Of a stretch of 64,000 bases of DNA, positions 10,175 through 20,034 are shown one piece after another. Source of the stretch: Promethearchaeota archaeon (GTDB lineage Archaea > Asgardarchaeota > Lokiarchaeia > Sigyniarchaeales > SOKP01); the NCBI GenBank assembly GCA_016839555.1, contig JAEOUA010000004.1:1-64000 (forward strand), written 5' to 3'. A program made the translations under genes and the position numbers. The notes beneath the pieces are model-generated. The model was given only the letters and a program-made list of their open reading frames with translations, ran no database searches and was not told where the DNA came from. How positions within the stretch are numbered: the stretch's first letter is position 1; the number at the start of each line of letters is the position of its first letter.

Positions 10175-10951
10175 TTAGCGAGCAGTCCATCCTCCATCTA
10201 ATCTCAGATCTGCTCCTGTCATATAAGAAGCGTCATCGGAAGCTAAAAAGAGAATACCTGAGGCAATTTCTTCAGGTGTAGCCCACCGTCCTAACACCCC
10301 CTCCTCTTCGAATTCCTTTTTAACCACTTTATACTCAACACCTCTATCTCTGGCTTGTTTGGCAACATCACTTTGAAGCATCGGAGTATCTGTCGCTCCT
10401 GGCGAAACACTATTAACTCTAATATTATATGGGGCTAAATCTAACGCAAGTGCCTTAGTAAATCCAAGAACTCCTGCTTTCGTTGAGCAGTAATTGGCAT
10501 GATTTACTTGTCCTATATGCGCTGCTACGGAGGCAAGTGTAATTATCGTGCCATATCTCTGTTTTTTAAAATAAGGAATAGCATATTTACATGTAAAATA
10601 TGTTCCTTTGAGGTTTACATCAATTAGTAAATCATAATCTTCATCAGGAAAATCTTCAACTGGACCAACCCTTACCACTCCAGCATTCACAATTAGAATA
10701 TCAATTTTTCCGTGCTCATTTTTTGAAAATTCAATCATTTTCTTTACTTCTTCTGGGTTTCTGACATCAACTTTCATATATGTGGCTTTATTTTTACCTT
10801 CTTTTAGTAATTCATAGGTCTCTTTTAAGTTCTTTTCATCTATATCAGAGAGAACTTGAATAGCCCCTTCTTTTGCAAACATTTTAGCAGTTGCTCGCCC
10901 AATTCCGCTTGCTGCTCCTGTTAACACCACAACTTTATCTTTAAATCTCAT
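10175..10951 (-). CDS. Short-chain dehydrogenase/reductase (SDR)
   Basis: TGAASGIG, NAG, YCSTK, IRVNSVSPG, DGG motifs; acidic residue after beta-2 (SDID) suggests NAD preference. Confidence 0.95.
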   Translation of the reverse strand: MRFKDKVVVLTGAASGIGRATAKMFAKEGAIQVLSDIDEKNLKETYELLKEGKNKATYMKVDVRNPEEVKKMIEFSKNEHGKIDILIVNAGVVRVGPVEDFPDEDYDLLIDVNLKGTYFTCKYAIPYFKKQRYGTIITLASVAAHIGQVNHANYCSTKAGVLGFTKALALDLAPYNIRVNSVSPGATDTPMLQSDVAKQARDRGVEYKVVKKEFEEEGVLGRWATPEEIASGILFLASDDASYMTGADLRLDGGWTAR

Positions 10952-11032
10952 TTTAGGTCACTATCTACTTTTATATTTAACATTTTTAATTGAACCTTTC
11001 ATCCATAAAATAAAATAGAAGAAAATCTTGAT

Positions 11033-12163
11033 TTATTTTACCACTATTTTTTTATCTAAACTTGAGAGGCGCTCACAGCCTGTATTGGTTACTCTATAGC
11101 AATCTTCAATACCCACGAGTCCTTGCCCTCTCACATTCAACCATACTTCTATATCCAAAACCATATTCTTTTCGAAGGGTATATCCATTGCACCCATAGG
11201 ACTAAACATATGAGCTTCTTCGCATTCCAAGCCTATGTGATGCCCTGTAATTAAATAAAAGCCGCGTTTTGTCAGATCTTTAAGAAATTTATGCGCATCA
11301 TCAGATAATTGTTTGGGGTCTACACCAGGTTTAATATTATCAACGCAATATTCTTGAAGCTGGATCATATATTCCATTGCTTGTGCCGCCTTTTTAGGTT
11401 CTTCTCCGACTACGACCCCTCGACTCACATCTGAAACATATCCTTCCCATACCGCTCCAAAATCAAACCTCACGATATCATTTGGAGTTACTGGAATTCC
11501 AAGACCAGGAGCTTCTGGATCTGAAGGCCCTATATTCATCGTCAGATGATCCCAACCCCATGCTCCTTCTTCTACTATTGTTTTTCTAGCTACTTTTAAT
11601 AATTCCGTATCTTTCACATTTAATTCTGTAGCATCAATACATGCTTGAATTGCCTTTTCTGCAACTTCAGTAGATTTTTTTATTCTTCGAATTTCCTCCT
11701 CAGTTTTTACTAATCTCATATCTAAGAAAGCGCTATCTCCCTCAATAAAATTAGCTTCTGATAATTCGTTTCTTAACGCTTCTGATTGATATCTAGGCAT
11801 TAATGATTCTAAGGCGATTGTTTTATTAGCTAATTCCCATTCTTTGATTTTATTTATTAATGTTTTTACAGCAGCTTCAACGGCTCCCGCGCGAAATACT
11901 TCACTGGGGTCAAGCCAAGAAAATTCTTCCACACTATCATAAAGTGACCATACAATTGCGCTTTCTTCGCCATCTCTTCTAACCATCGATAAAAATGGAT
12001 ATTGATTTTTTAATACATATAAAATTGGATTAGGCGCAACGTGAGTGACGGGTAATCCTGTAGTATAAAAGACATTGACAGGGGTAGAAGCGATCAAAAG
12101 ATCGATATTATGAGCTTCGAGAACCTCTTTTGCCCTCTCTTTTCTATATCCTATTGGTTCCAT
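11033..12163 (-). CDS. M24-family (Xaa-Pro peptidase/creatinase-fold) hydrolase
   Basis: MRLVKTEEEI, DFG...YVSDVSR, GHHIGL, E..IED metal-ligand motifs. Confidence 0.88.
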   Translation of the reverse strand: MEPIGYRKERAKEVLEAHNIDLLIASTPVNVFYTTGLPVTHVAPNPILYVLKNQYPFLSMVRRDGEESAIVWSLYDSVEEFSWLDPSEVFRAGAVEAAVKTLINKIKEWELANKTIALESLMPRYQSEALRNELSEANFIEGDSAFLDMRLVKTEEEIRRIKKSTEVAEKAIQACIDATELNVKDTELLKVARKTIVEEGAWGWDHLTMNIGPSDPEAPGLGIPVTPNDIVRFDFGAVWEGYVSDVSRGVVVGEEPKKAAQAMEYMIQLQEYCVDNIKPGVDPKQLSDDAHKFLKDLTKRGFYLITGHHIGLECEEAHMFSPMGAMDIPFEKNMVLDIEVWLNVRGQGLVGIEDCYRVTNTGCERLSSLDKKIVVK

Positions 12164-12273
12164 TTTAGTTCTTTTTTTAATATTTTAATTTATAATGTTT
12201 ATTATATAATTAAACTTCTATTTGTTTATTATTATTTAAAAAACTTTATTTAATTTTTATCTAATTTTTTATT

Positions 12274-13401
12274 ATGGATTATGTGAAATATGGTATTGTT
12301 GGTGTTGGAAGCGCCTGGATGTTTCATATTGCAGGATCCCGAGATAATCCGAAAATAAAATTTACTTCTGCATTCGATATAGATGAAAGAAAGCTGAAAA
12401 AAACCGCTCGGATTCATAAATTGGATTATTTTACTGATTACGAGGATTTTCTAAAGAGTGATATTGATGCTGTTCTGATAATGGTCCCTCATTTTCTGCA
12501 TGAACCCTTTGTTGTAAAAGCTGCCAAGGCCGGAAAGCACGTGCTCTGCGAAAAGCCTATGGCACGAACCTTAGAAGAATGTGATAGTATGATTGAGGCA
12601 ACACAAAAGGCTGGCGTGAAGTTCATGATCGCGGAGAATCACCGATTCCTACCGGCGCATCAATATATTGCCGATGCAGTTAATAAAGGATGGCTTGGAA
12701 GAGTTTTTTTAATCCGCTCTTATGAAGGAGTTAATGAAATTTCTGGATTAATGAACCCTGATTTGTGGAAGGGAGATCCAATAAAAGCTGGGGGAGGTGC
12801 CTTAATGGATATGGGAGTTCATAAATTTGCCACAATTAATTGGTTATTGAATGATACTGTCGGATCAGCTTACACGTGGATTACTAAGCAATGTACAAAT
12901 TTAGAAGAAAAAGCGGAAGATAATGCTATGACCTTACTCAATTACAAAAATGGTGCTATTGCTAATGTTACAGTTAGTTTTACTGTAGTAACACCTCCTA
13001 CAAATTCTCTTGAAATATATGGGACAAAAGGTACAATCTTAGAAAATCATATGTGGCAACATCCAGTAAAAATCAACAGCAACCATGAAGCTTTGGAAGA
13101 GAATGCGAATAAATGGTTCGAACCGAATATTGAACATGGTCCTTTTCCTAAATATTATGAAATATCGGCAAATATAGAAGATGCCTATTTCACCAATTGT
13201 ATTTTAAATGATAAAGAGCCAGAATTCACTCCACAGCACGCAAGAGAAGCGGTTGCGACTGTATTGTTAAGTTATTTGTCTGCTATAAAAGAAAGAAATA
13301 TGACTTATGAAGACTTAATGGAAATTTATCAAACTGATGGTACTGAATCAATATTAAAAGGACTTCAAAAAGCGGTAAAAAATTATTGTCCAAATATTTG
13401 A
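12274..13401 (+). CDS. Gfo/Idh/MocA-family oxidoreductase
   Basis: GIVGVG, AGKHVLCEKP, GGGALMDMGVH. Confidence 0.95.
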   Translation: MDYVKYGIVGVGSAWMFHIAGSRDNPKIKFTSAFDIDERKLKKTARIHKLDYFTDYEDFLKSDIDAVLIMVPHFLHEPFVVKAAKAGKHVLCEKPMARTLEECDSMIEATQKAGVKFMIAENHRFLPAHQYIADAVNKGWLGRVFLIRSYEGVNEISGLMNPDLWKGDPIKAGGGALMDMGVHKFATINWLLNDTVGSAYTWITKQCTNLEEKAEDNAMTLLNYKNGAIANVTVSFTVVTPPTNSLEIYGTKGTILENHMWQHPVKINSNHEALEENANKWFEPNIEHGPFPKYYEISANIEDAYFTNCILNDKEPEFTPQHAREAVATVLLSYLSAIKERNMTYEDLMEIYQTDGTESILKGLQKAVKNYCPNI

Positions 13402-13421
13402 GATAGAATAATTATAGCTAA

Positions 13422-14384
13422 CTATATAAAAATATCAATTGGGACATACAAAAGTAATGAGAAAAGGGCTGCTACAGGAAAAGTAAGGATCCAAATTAAT
13501 ACAACTTTCCATAACCCCTTTTTTACAGGAGCCTTCCGAGCTTTTGCTAATCCTAATAATGATGCTACTAACATATGTGAACCTGATAATGGAATCCCTA
13601 AGAATGTTCCTGCAAATAATATTATTGCCATAGGTACTTGGCTTGCGAAAGCAGAGCTAGGTACTAATTCTGTTATTTTGCCTACACTTTTTATTACAGT
13701 TCGCCCTAATATTATTATTCCAACTGAAAAACTAATTCCTGCTATTATTAATATAAAGTCAAGATCAACCCCAATGCCTATAACAATTCCAACTGCATTG
13801 GAACAGTCATTTCCGGCTCGAGAAAATGCAGTTAAACAAATAACTCCCAATAATATGTAGGAGAAGATTCTCTCTGTTCTTTCAAAATCTTGAAATCCGT
13901 TTAATTTGCTAATAATCGTTTTATGAATTAGTTTATAGACGAAAAAAGATACAATATATCCTATAATAGGCGATAATAACCACCAAAAGCTCATTTCGAG
14001 AATTTTTAACCAATTTACACCTCCAAAACCAGCTATTAGAATTCCAACTCCCATTATAGACCCGATTGTTGAATGCGTAGTTGAGATAGGAACTCCTAAA
14101 ACAGAAGCAATAATTAGCCATATTGCAGTGGAAATTAATATCGTAAGAGCAATAGCATCTGTCACTTCTATATTTAATAATTTTTTTCCCACGGTTTCAC
14201 TAACTCCTCTACCTAAAAAAAATGCTCCAAGTATTGCTAAGACGGTTGTAAGAATCAAAATCTCCCTCATCATTAAAGCTCGAGAACCGTGAACTGCCGC
14301 AAAAGTTTCATCATTTGCTCCAATGGCAAAAGCAATAAAAATGGAAATAAGGACAAATACAATAATAATTATGGATGAAAACAT
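13422..14384 (-). CDS. pit: PiT-family inorganic phosphate transporter
   Basis: GANDE and AGNDCSNAVG signatures, GVPISTTH, highly hydrophobic. Confidence 0.93.
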   Translation of the reverse strand: MFSSIIIIVFVLISIFIAFAIGANDETFAAVHGSRALMMREILILTTVLAILGAFFLGRGVSETVGKKLLNIEVTDAIALTILISTAIWLIIASVLGVPISTTHSTIGSIMGVGILIAGFGGVNWLKILEMSFWWLLSPIIGYIVSFFVYKLIHKTIISKLNGFQDFERTERIFSYILLGVICLTAFSRAGNDCSNAVGIVIGIGVDLDFILIIAGISFSVGIIILGRTVIKSVGKITELVPSSAFASQVPMAIILFAGTFLGIPLSGSHMLVASLLGLAKARKAPVKKGLWKVVLIWILTFPVAALFSLLLYVPIDIFI

Positions 14385-14401
14385 AATAAACTAAACACTT
14401 A

Positions 14402-15064
14402 TTATCTGCTTGGGTATTTTATAATTAAACCTCTTAAGTAATCGGCAATATTTTCGACATGGGATATGATATCATATAAATACGTCACTAATTTTGAAGT
14501 TAAATAGACTTTTAAATGATTATCTGTCTTTTTATAGAGGATCTCAAGTAATTCAAATTTAATTTTTCGTGCCTCCCTGCGAGTCGCTTCAATCTTAAAT
14601 GTTTTTTCATACGCAGCATCAAAATCAGTTTCCATTAATTCTAAAGTCTCAACCAGTTCCACTATAAGTTCCGAACAGATTTCACATATTCTGGAAAATT
14701 CGTGTGAAATCTCATCATAGAACTCAAATGGATACACTCGCAAAAAGCGGGAAAGAAATTCCACTTTACCTAAGCCCTCATCAACTAGAGTTATTATTTT
14801 ATATCTATCTTCTACGAGAAAGGGTAATGCTCTTTTATTTTGAAATAAAACTTGAATATATTTCTCTTTAATTCGATCACATTTTTTTTCTGCTTGTATT
14901 ACTCCATCTAACTTGCTTTTATCTAATTTGTGGTTAATAAAATCATGAATAAGTATATGAAGTAATTTTATTCCTTTTAATAATTCACTATTATATTCTT
15001 TTGCTAATTGATCTATATTTTCTGAGGTTTTACTTTTTATATTATATTTAGAATTTGAGATTAT
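14402..15064 (-). CDS. DUF47/PhoU-like phosphate transport accessory protein; frame extends beyond the track ORF, start non-canonical (ATA?)
   Basis: Frame stays open from the TAA at 15070-15068 to 14402; the upstream part reads EKKCDRIKEKYIQVLF..LPFLVEDRYKIITLVD (first helical repeat), paired with ERE ARKIK/ENIADYL in the second; directly upstream of pit. Start position uncertain. Confidence 0.8.
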   Translation of the reverse strand: MISNSKYNIKSKTSENIDQLAKEYNSELLKGIKLLHILIHDFINHKLDKSKLDGVIQAEKKCDRIKEKYIQVLFQNKRALPFLVEDRYKIITLVDEGLGKVEFLSRFLRVYPFEFYDEISHEFSRICEICSELIVELVETLELMETDFDAAYEKTFKIEATRREARKIKFELLEILYKKTDNHLKVYLTSKLVTYLYDIISHVENIADYLRGLIIKYPSR

Positions 15065-15143
15065 ATATTAATATATAGTAATAGAGATTATAGTTATTAA
15101 AATTTAAAAAATTTAAGAGTATTCTATCGAAAAACAAAAAACA

Positions 15144-16301
15144 TTAGGGAAATCCTACAGAAATATAAGTAGGAATAAAAATAGGTTTTTTCTTTATTTT
15201 TGCAAGAGATAATTGAGGATTAATAATTTTTACCATTAAAACAGATCCTTTTATAATTAGAAAACATAATTTTCGAATACTATTTCTGAGATTGTTATCA
15301 TTAGAATCACCATAATATAAAACAATTCCAAGTTTTCTCTGTATTGCAGCTCTCAAAATTTTTTCAAATAAATATTGGAATCCTAGCCCCAATAATTTTG
15401 CATTAGGAAATAATTCTTTTTCTATAAAAATTTCATGAATAATACACATTCGAAACTTGATGTTGGATTTTGGCATAAGAATTCGCTCATATGTAAAACA
15501 TGCTCCTCCAATGGTTTTATTACCCTTTTTTACCAGAATATATGTTGGAATCTCCCTTTTAGAAGGCACATTTACTCTAGCCCATTCGAGTTTCTCTTTA
15601 TCATATTTAGAAAACCCTATATAATATTTAGGTAAAATAGTGTTAACTTTATTCATATAAGTTAAATGTTTTTTATTAAAAATTATATTATATGAAAAAT
15701 CTTTAAAAAAGGACGAAAATAAAATTTTTAATTTTAGCATTAATCTAGGAACAATTGCAAAATATAAAATTGCTGGGAATAAAAGAATCACTATGGGTAA
15801 ATCTTTTATCAACTGAAATGGATGGGGTAAAGCTAAATACAAATTTGAATATGTAAGATCTCGATATCCTAATCTTAAATATAATTTTTTTCGAGCAATT
15901 CCCTCGCGATCTGCTGTTAATATTGAAAGATCACAATTTTTTTGTTTCATATATTCTATGGCCATTTTCATTAATTTAGTGGCTATTCCTCTTTGGATAT
16001 AATCGGGATGGGAAGCTACATCGTTTATATCTCCAATCAAATAAGCTTTTCCATTAATATTGAGGTTTTCTACTAAATTTACAAATACAGAACCAACTAT
16101 TTTATCCTTTTCTACATCTTCAGCAATCTGAACCATTTCTGGTTCAAACTTAGGAGATTTTGAATATCTCCATTTCTCAATTTTTGTACTTCGTAAAAAA
16201 CTTTTTCCATTCCTTAGAAAGGCACGCATAAATAAATCCACAAGCTGTCGATCATCACCTTCTTGGTAATGGCGGAATATTATATTAGTCATAGTGATCA
16301 A
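15144..16301 (-). CDS. GNAT-family N-acetyltransferase
   Basis: FRHYQEGD start, DVASHPDYIQRGIATKLM acetyl-CoA motif A, LYLRLGY. Confidence 0.85.
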   Translation of the reverse strand: MITMTNIIFRHYQEGDDRQLVDLFMRAFLRNGKSFLRSTKIEKWRYSKSPKFEPEMVQIAEDVEKDKIVGSVFVNLVENLNINGKAYLIGDINDVASHPDYIQRGIATKLMKMAIEYMKQKNCDLSILTADREGIARKKLYLRLGYRDLTYSNLYLALPHPFQLIKDLPIVILLFPAILYFAIVPRLMLKLKILFSSFFKDFSYNIIFNKKHLTYMNKVNTILPKYYIGFSKYDKEKLEWARVNVPSKREIPTYILVKKGNKTIGGACFTYERILMPKSNIKFRMCIIHEIFIEKELFPNAKLLGLGFQYLFEKILRAAIQRKLGIVLYYGDSNDNNLRNSIRKLCFLIIKGSVLMVKIINPQLSLAKIKKKPIFIPTYISVGFP

Positions 16302-16496
16302 ATCATTGATTCAATTTATTAATTCCAATACTTTAGTAATTAAAGATGAAACTTTCGTAGAAAGTATATGAAGGTAAATAATTTTCTTTTACCTAATCTT
16401 TATTCAAAAATATTTAAATAATAATAACTTTTGTTAGTAATTATTATAAATGTACTTATATAAAAGAGGGAAGATAAAATTAAGTTAACAGATATT

Positions 16497-17627
16497 ATGA
16501 TCTTAAGTAAGGACCAAGCTAAACTGTTAGAAAAAGAAGGAATTAAGGCAACAGAAGATTTAGTTGCGTTAAGCAAAAGTCAAATTAGAAATTTGGCAAA
16601 AAAGACGGGGCTTTCTGCTAAATTAATTGATACTTGCCAAGAATACGCAGACTTAATGCGTGTTGAAGGGATTAGTCCAGAGTATGCTCATTTAATCAAT
16701 CTAATAGGGATTGATTCTGTCAAGGAATTATCAATGCGTAATGCTAAAAATACATTAGAAAAAATGGAAAGTTATTTAAAAGAAAATCCGAAAATAGTTA
16801 AACAACTTCCCAAAATTGAAGATATTGAAAATTGGATTGAGCAAGCCAATATTTTAAAACAAAAATATGGAAAATATAATAAAGAATATTGGAATGAGAA
16901 ATGGAAGAAATCTCCCATAATTTATAAGGGAAGAGCACTTAGGGGGAGTTCCTATAATCAAATAGTATCTATTGATGTTAAAACTTTTTTAAAGAAAGAT
17001 GATGCGATTCTCCAAAAAGTTATCTCTGTATTCAACTTAAAAAAGGGTACCTTTAATGAGACAGCATTAGAATGTCAAAAATTTGTCCACGACAGCATAA
17101 AATATTTATATGATGAATTAAGTGCTGATTGCGTGGAGTACTGGCAATTTCCCTTCGAGACTGCTCAATCAGGAATAGGAGATTGTGAAGACGGCGCTAT
17201 ATTCATGGCAGGACTTATGTTAAATGCAGGAATTCCTTCATGGAGGATTAAGGTCTGTGCAGGCACAGTGCTACAAGATCCTAATGTGGCACCTTCAAGT
17301 GATGGCAATCTGGGAGGGCATTGCTATACTATTTATTTAGCTGACAGACCAGATTCAAAACGCAAACTAGAATGGGTAATCTTAGATTGGTGCTACAATC
17401 CTGATCCTGATATACCTATAGAGAAAAAACCATTATCACGAAATGGAGGGCAAAAAAAATCATACAAAGATGTGTGGTTTACCTTTAATGACGAAAATAG
17501 TTGGGCTAATACTGCGTTTGAAATAATTGATGATAGAATCAGTAAAAATCAAAAAACGAAGAAGGAAAGCGTCTTGAATAAAATAAAAGAAATTATGAAT
17601 CAAATTGATGTAAAAGTTAAAAAATAA
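16497..17627 (+). CDS. DUF4332 (helix-hairpin-helix) domain fused to a transglutaminase-like Cys-protease domain
   Basis: N-terminal ADLMRVEGISPEYAHLINLIGIDSVKELS; C-terminal YWQFPFET..GDCEDGA, GGHCY, ILDWC (Cys-His-Asp triad). Confidence 0.78.
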   Translation: MILSKDQAKLLEKEGIKATEDLVALSKSQIRNLAKKTGLSAKLIDTCQEYADLMRVEGISPEYAHLINLIGIDSVKELSMRNAKNTLEKMESYLKENPKIVKQLPKIEDIENWIEQANILKQKYGKYNKEYWNEKWKKSPIIYKGRALRGSSYNQIVSIDVKTFLKKDDAILQKVISVFNLKKGTFNETALECQKFVHDSIKYLYDELSADCVEYWQFPFETAQSGIGDCEDGAIFMAGLMLNAGIPSWRIKVCAGTVLQDPNVAPSSDGNLGGHCYTIYLADRPDSKRKLEWVILDWCYNPDPDIPIEKKPLSRNGGQKKSYKDVWFTFNDENSWANTAFEIIDDRISKNQKTKKESVLNKIKEIMNQIDVKVKK

Positions 17628-17733
17628 AAAATTCAATAAAGCAAAAAGATTAAATTACTCTATTAATATTTAAATAATATTATAACTTTTATAATAAGTA
17701 TATATATATGTAATCTTAATGGAGTTTATATAA

Positions 17734-18087
17734 ATGAGCTCGAAGATAGAAAGTATTTTGGATAATTTAAAGGCGATTAAAGGAGTCCATGGATCAGCAT
17801 TAATCGAACGATTTGGTTTAATTAAAGGGCAAGCTCTGCCAGGCTGGATAGACCCTGAATCCCTAGCGGCAATGGTTACGTTAATATTAAAGGCAAGTCA
17901 GCGCGCTACCAAGGAATTAGAGCAAGGTGAATTTTTAGATGCAATTATCGAGAGTAAAAATGGAAAAATTCTTTTTACTGAGATTAAAGGCAATGTCCTC
18001 GCCGTGCTTACAACGGTTGAGGCTAAGCTGGGTATTATTAATTTAAAGTTGGAAGCTGCAAAAAAGAGTTTAGCAGCAGAATTATAA
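17734..18087 (+). CDS. Roadblock/LC7 (MglB-like) domain protein
   Basis: 117 aa; LKAIKGVHGSALIERFGL, LAAM, IIESKNGKIL, LAVLT...KLGII pattern. Confidence 0.9.
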   Translation: MSSKIESILDNLKAIKGVHGSALIERFGLIKGQALPGWIDPESLAAMVTLILKASQRATKELEQGEFLDAIIESKNGKILFTEIKGNVLAVLTTVEAKLGIINLKLEAAKKSLAAEL

Positions 18088-18288
18088 TCATTTTTTTATC
18101 TTTCATTTTTATCTTATTTTAATATATCTCATTATTTATTCTGAAATCTATTTACTTTTTCCTCATTTAATTTCTATAAAAATTAAGTGAAATAAAGCAA
18201 AATTTTTCGAGTTAGAGGATAATAGAATTTTTTAAAAAAGAAATTTATATTTTTGATAAAAAAGAGAGATTAATAAGTTTTTATTTGA

Positions 18289-19032
18289 TTATTTTTTCTT
18301 TTTCTTTAAGGGCGCACCGCAATTTACGCATGTTTTAGCATCCGCTTGAATTTCAGCTCCACAAAAAGGACAATAATTTTTCTTAGGTTGAGTAATTTCT
18401 GTTTCAAGAGGCTCTTTTTGAGGAAAGGTGGTTTCTATTGTTGGTTTTGGTTCTTCCAATTGAAGAAGGTTTTTAAAATTCTCTAATTTAAAGTAGCCTA
18501 TTATTCTATAAATCCACCCTATAAAGACGGTTATTGCAAATATTGATAAGATATCCATAAGAGCTGCTGTTCTTAAATTTTGTGAAGCATTAATTCCTTT
18601 ATCAGCACGCGGGAAATTTTGGGTTTCTTCGAAAAATTTCATGAATCTTTTCCAAGCTTTCCGCTCGATTGCTCCATAGCTTATTTTTAGTATTAAACCG
18701 ATTAAAGTAAAGATACCAAACCCTGTATAAATAATAATATGCTCAATATTTATAACTAAGGCAAAATTAATTAACCAAATAAATATTATAATAGATGTAA
18801 TAAATCGAATAATTGTCGCCTTTTTAAATTTAGCATGATAGGTATTTAATGAGCTATTTTTTAATTTTTCGTTTGCATATTTAATATGCTTTAATGCTGT
18901 TAAAGTAAAAACAAGAACAATTACACTAAAAGGAAAAAACATCAGGAATGTTTCTACAATTGTAAAAATTGCAACTAATTTCATTTTATTACCATATTCT
19001 TCAAACTCTTTAAGGACTTTTTTATCTATCAT
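18289..19032 (-). CDS. Membrane protein with C-terminal zinc ribbon
   Basis: Several TM segments; C-terminal CPFCG...CVNCG. Confidence 0.75.
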   Translation of the reverse strand: MIDKKVLKEFEEYGNKMKLVAIFTIVETFLMFFPFSVIVLVFTLTALKHIKYANEKLKNSSLNTYHAKFKKATIIRFITSIIIFIWLINFALVINIEHIIIYTGFGIFTLIGLILKISYGAIERKAWKRFMKFFEETQNFPRADKGINASQNLRTAALMDILSIFAITVFIGWIYRIIGYFKLENFKNLLQLEEPKPTIETTFPQKEPLETEITQPKKNYCPFCGAEIQADAKTCVNCGAPLKKKKK

Positions 19033-19188
19033 TTATATTCTCATATAAGTTTTTTTATTAGAAAGTTATCTACAAATATGAATAATTTTTTTTTAACTTT
19101 TTCTATAAATTTCTTATAATTATATGTTTAAATTTAAAGAATAATAGGAACGGAATCAAATCATTTATTTTTATCTAAACGATATTGG

Positions 19189-19980
19189 CTAAAGTAAATT
19201 GTTCTTCTTTTTTCTTAATAAATATTTAGAAAAGATATTCATATATAAACAGTCTTCTGGGGGCATTTCTGTTGTCAGTTGAGGATTTTCAGTAAATTTT
19301 ACTTGAGCTCCGCGTATTATTACAATCGGTGTTTGTTCATCTGCCTCACCTAATAAAAATTGAGCAGCACTTGTTAAATCATCTGCAATTGCTCTCATAG
19401 TTATTTCTAACGGACGCCCAAATAAATCTGGCTGCCCTCTGCAATCTTCAATCGGTTCAAAGCCAGCTGTGGCAAGTGCTATACCTATAGTCCCTTTTCT
19501 TAATGGTTGGACTCGTGAGTCTGCAAATATTACACCTAAATCCGTTATATTAAATTCGTTTCTTAACTCTTTCCAAAAATACCATATTAGATCCTTCATA
19601 TTCTCTGGTAAAAGAACTACATTTCCACGTCCCGCGTTAGATTGATCAATCCCCGCATTTGCGATTAAAAAATTGTTAACTTCCGCTAATATCACATGAT
19701 TCATCCCCCCTAAAATAGAGTTAGCTTCTCTTAATATCAATTCCACATATTTTTCATTCATATCATATTTTTTTGCTAGTTTTTTCGCGGTTTTCGATAT
19801 TGGCTTAACCTTATTTAATTCTACTGCCCTTCCTTGAGCCGTAGCTATAACCTTTTCAGAAATAACTAATATATCTCCTTGTTTCAAAGACTCAATGTTC
19901 TCTTTAATTGAACTTATAATAATCTCCAGTAATGGATCATTTTTTTTAATTTGCGGAAGTTTAATTGAAAAGAGATACAT
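19189..19980 (-). CDS. cofE: CofE/COG1478-family gamma-glutamyl ligase
   Basis: GDILVISEKVIATAQGR, NAGIDQSN, DS..PLRKGT.GIA, DLFGRPL, GEADEQTP. Confidence 0.9.
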   Translation of the reverse strand: MYLFSIKLPQIKKNDPLLEIIISSIKENIESLKQGDILVISEKVIATAQGRAVELNKVKPISKTAKKLAKKYDMNEKYVELILREANSILGGMNHVILAEVNNFLIANAGIDQSNAGRGNVVLLPENMKDLIWYFWKELRNEFNITDLGVIFADSRVQPLRKGTIGIALATAGFEPIEDCRGQPDLFGRPLEITMRAIADDLTSAAQFLLGEADEQTPIVIIRGAQVKFTENPQLTTEMPPEDCLYMNIFSKYLLRKKKNNLL

Positions 19981-20034
19981 ACTATATAAAGAAAGAATTA
20001 AACTTAATTGATATATTTTGATAATTGATAGACT

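Noticed and set aside
13399-13421. TGA ending the Gfo/Idh/MocA gene as a possible Sec codon
   Set aside because: The protein is already full length, readthrough runs into the convergent pit gene, and I see no SECIS-like hairpin.
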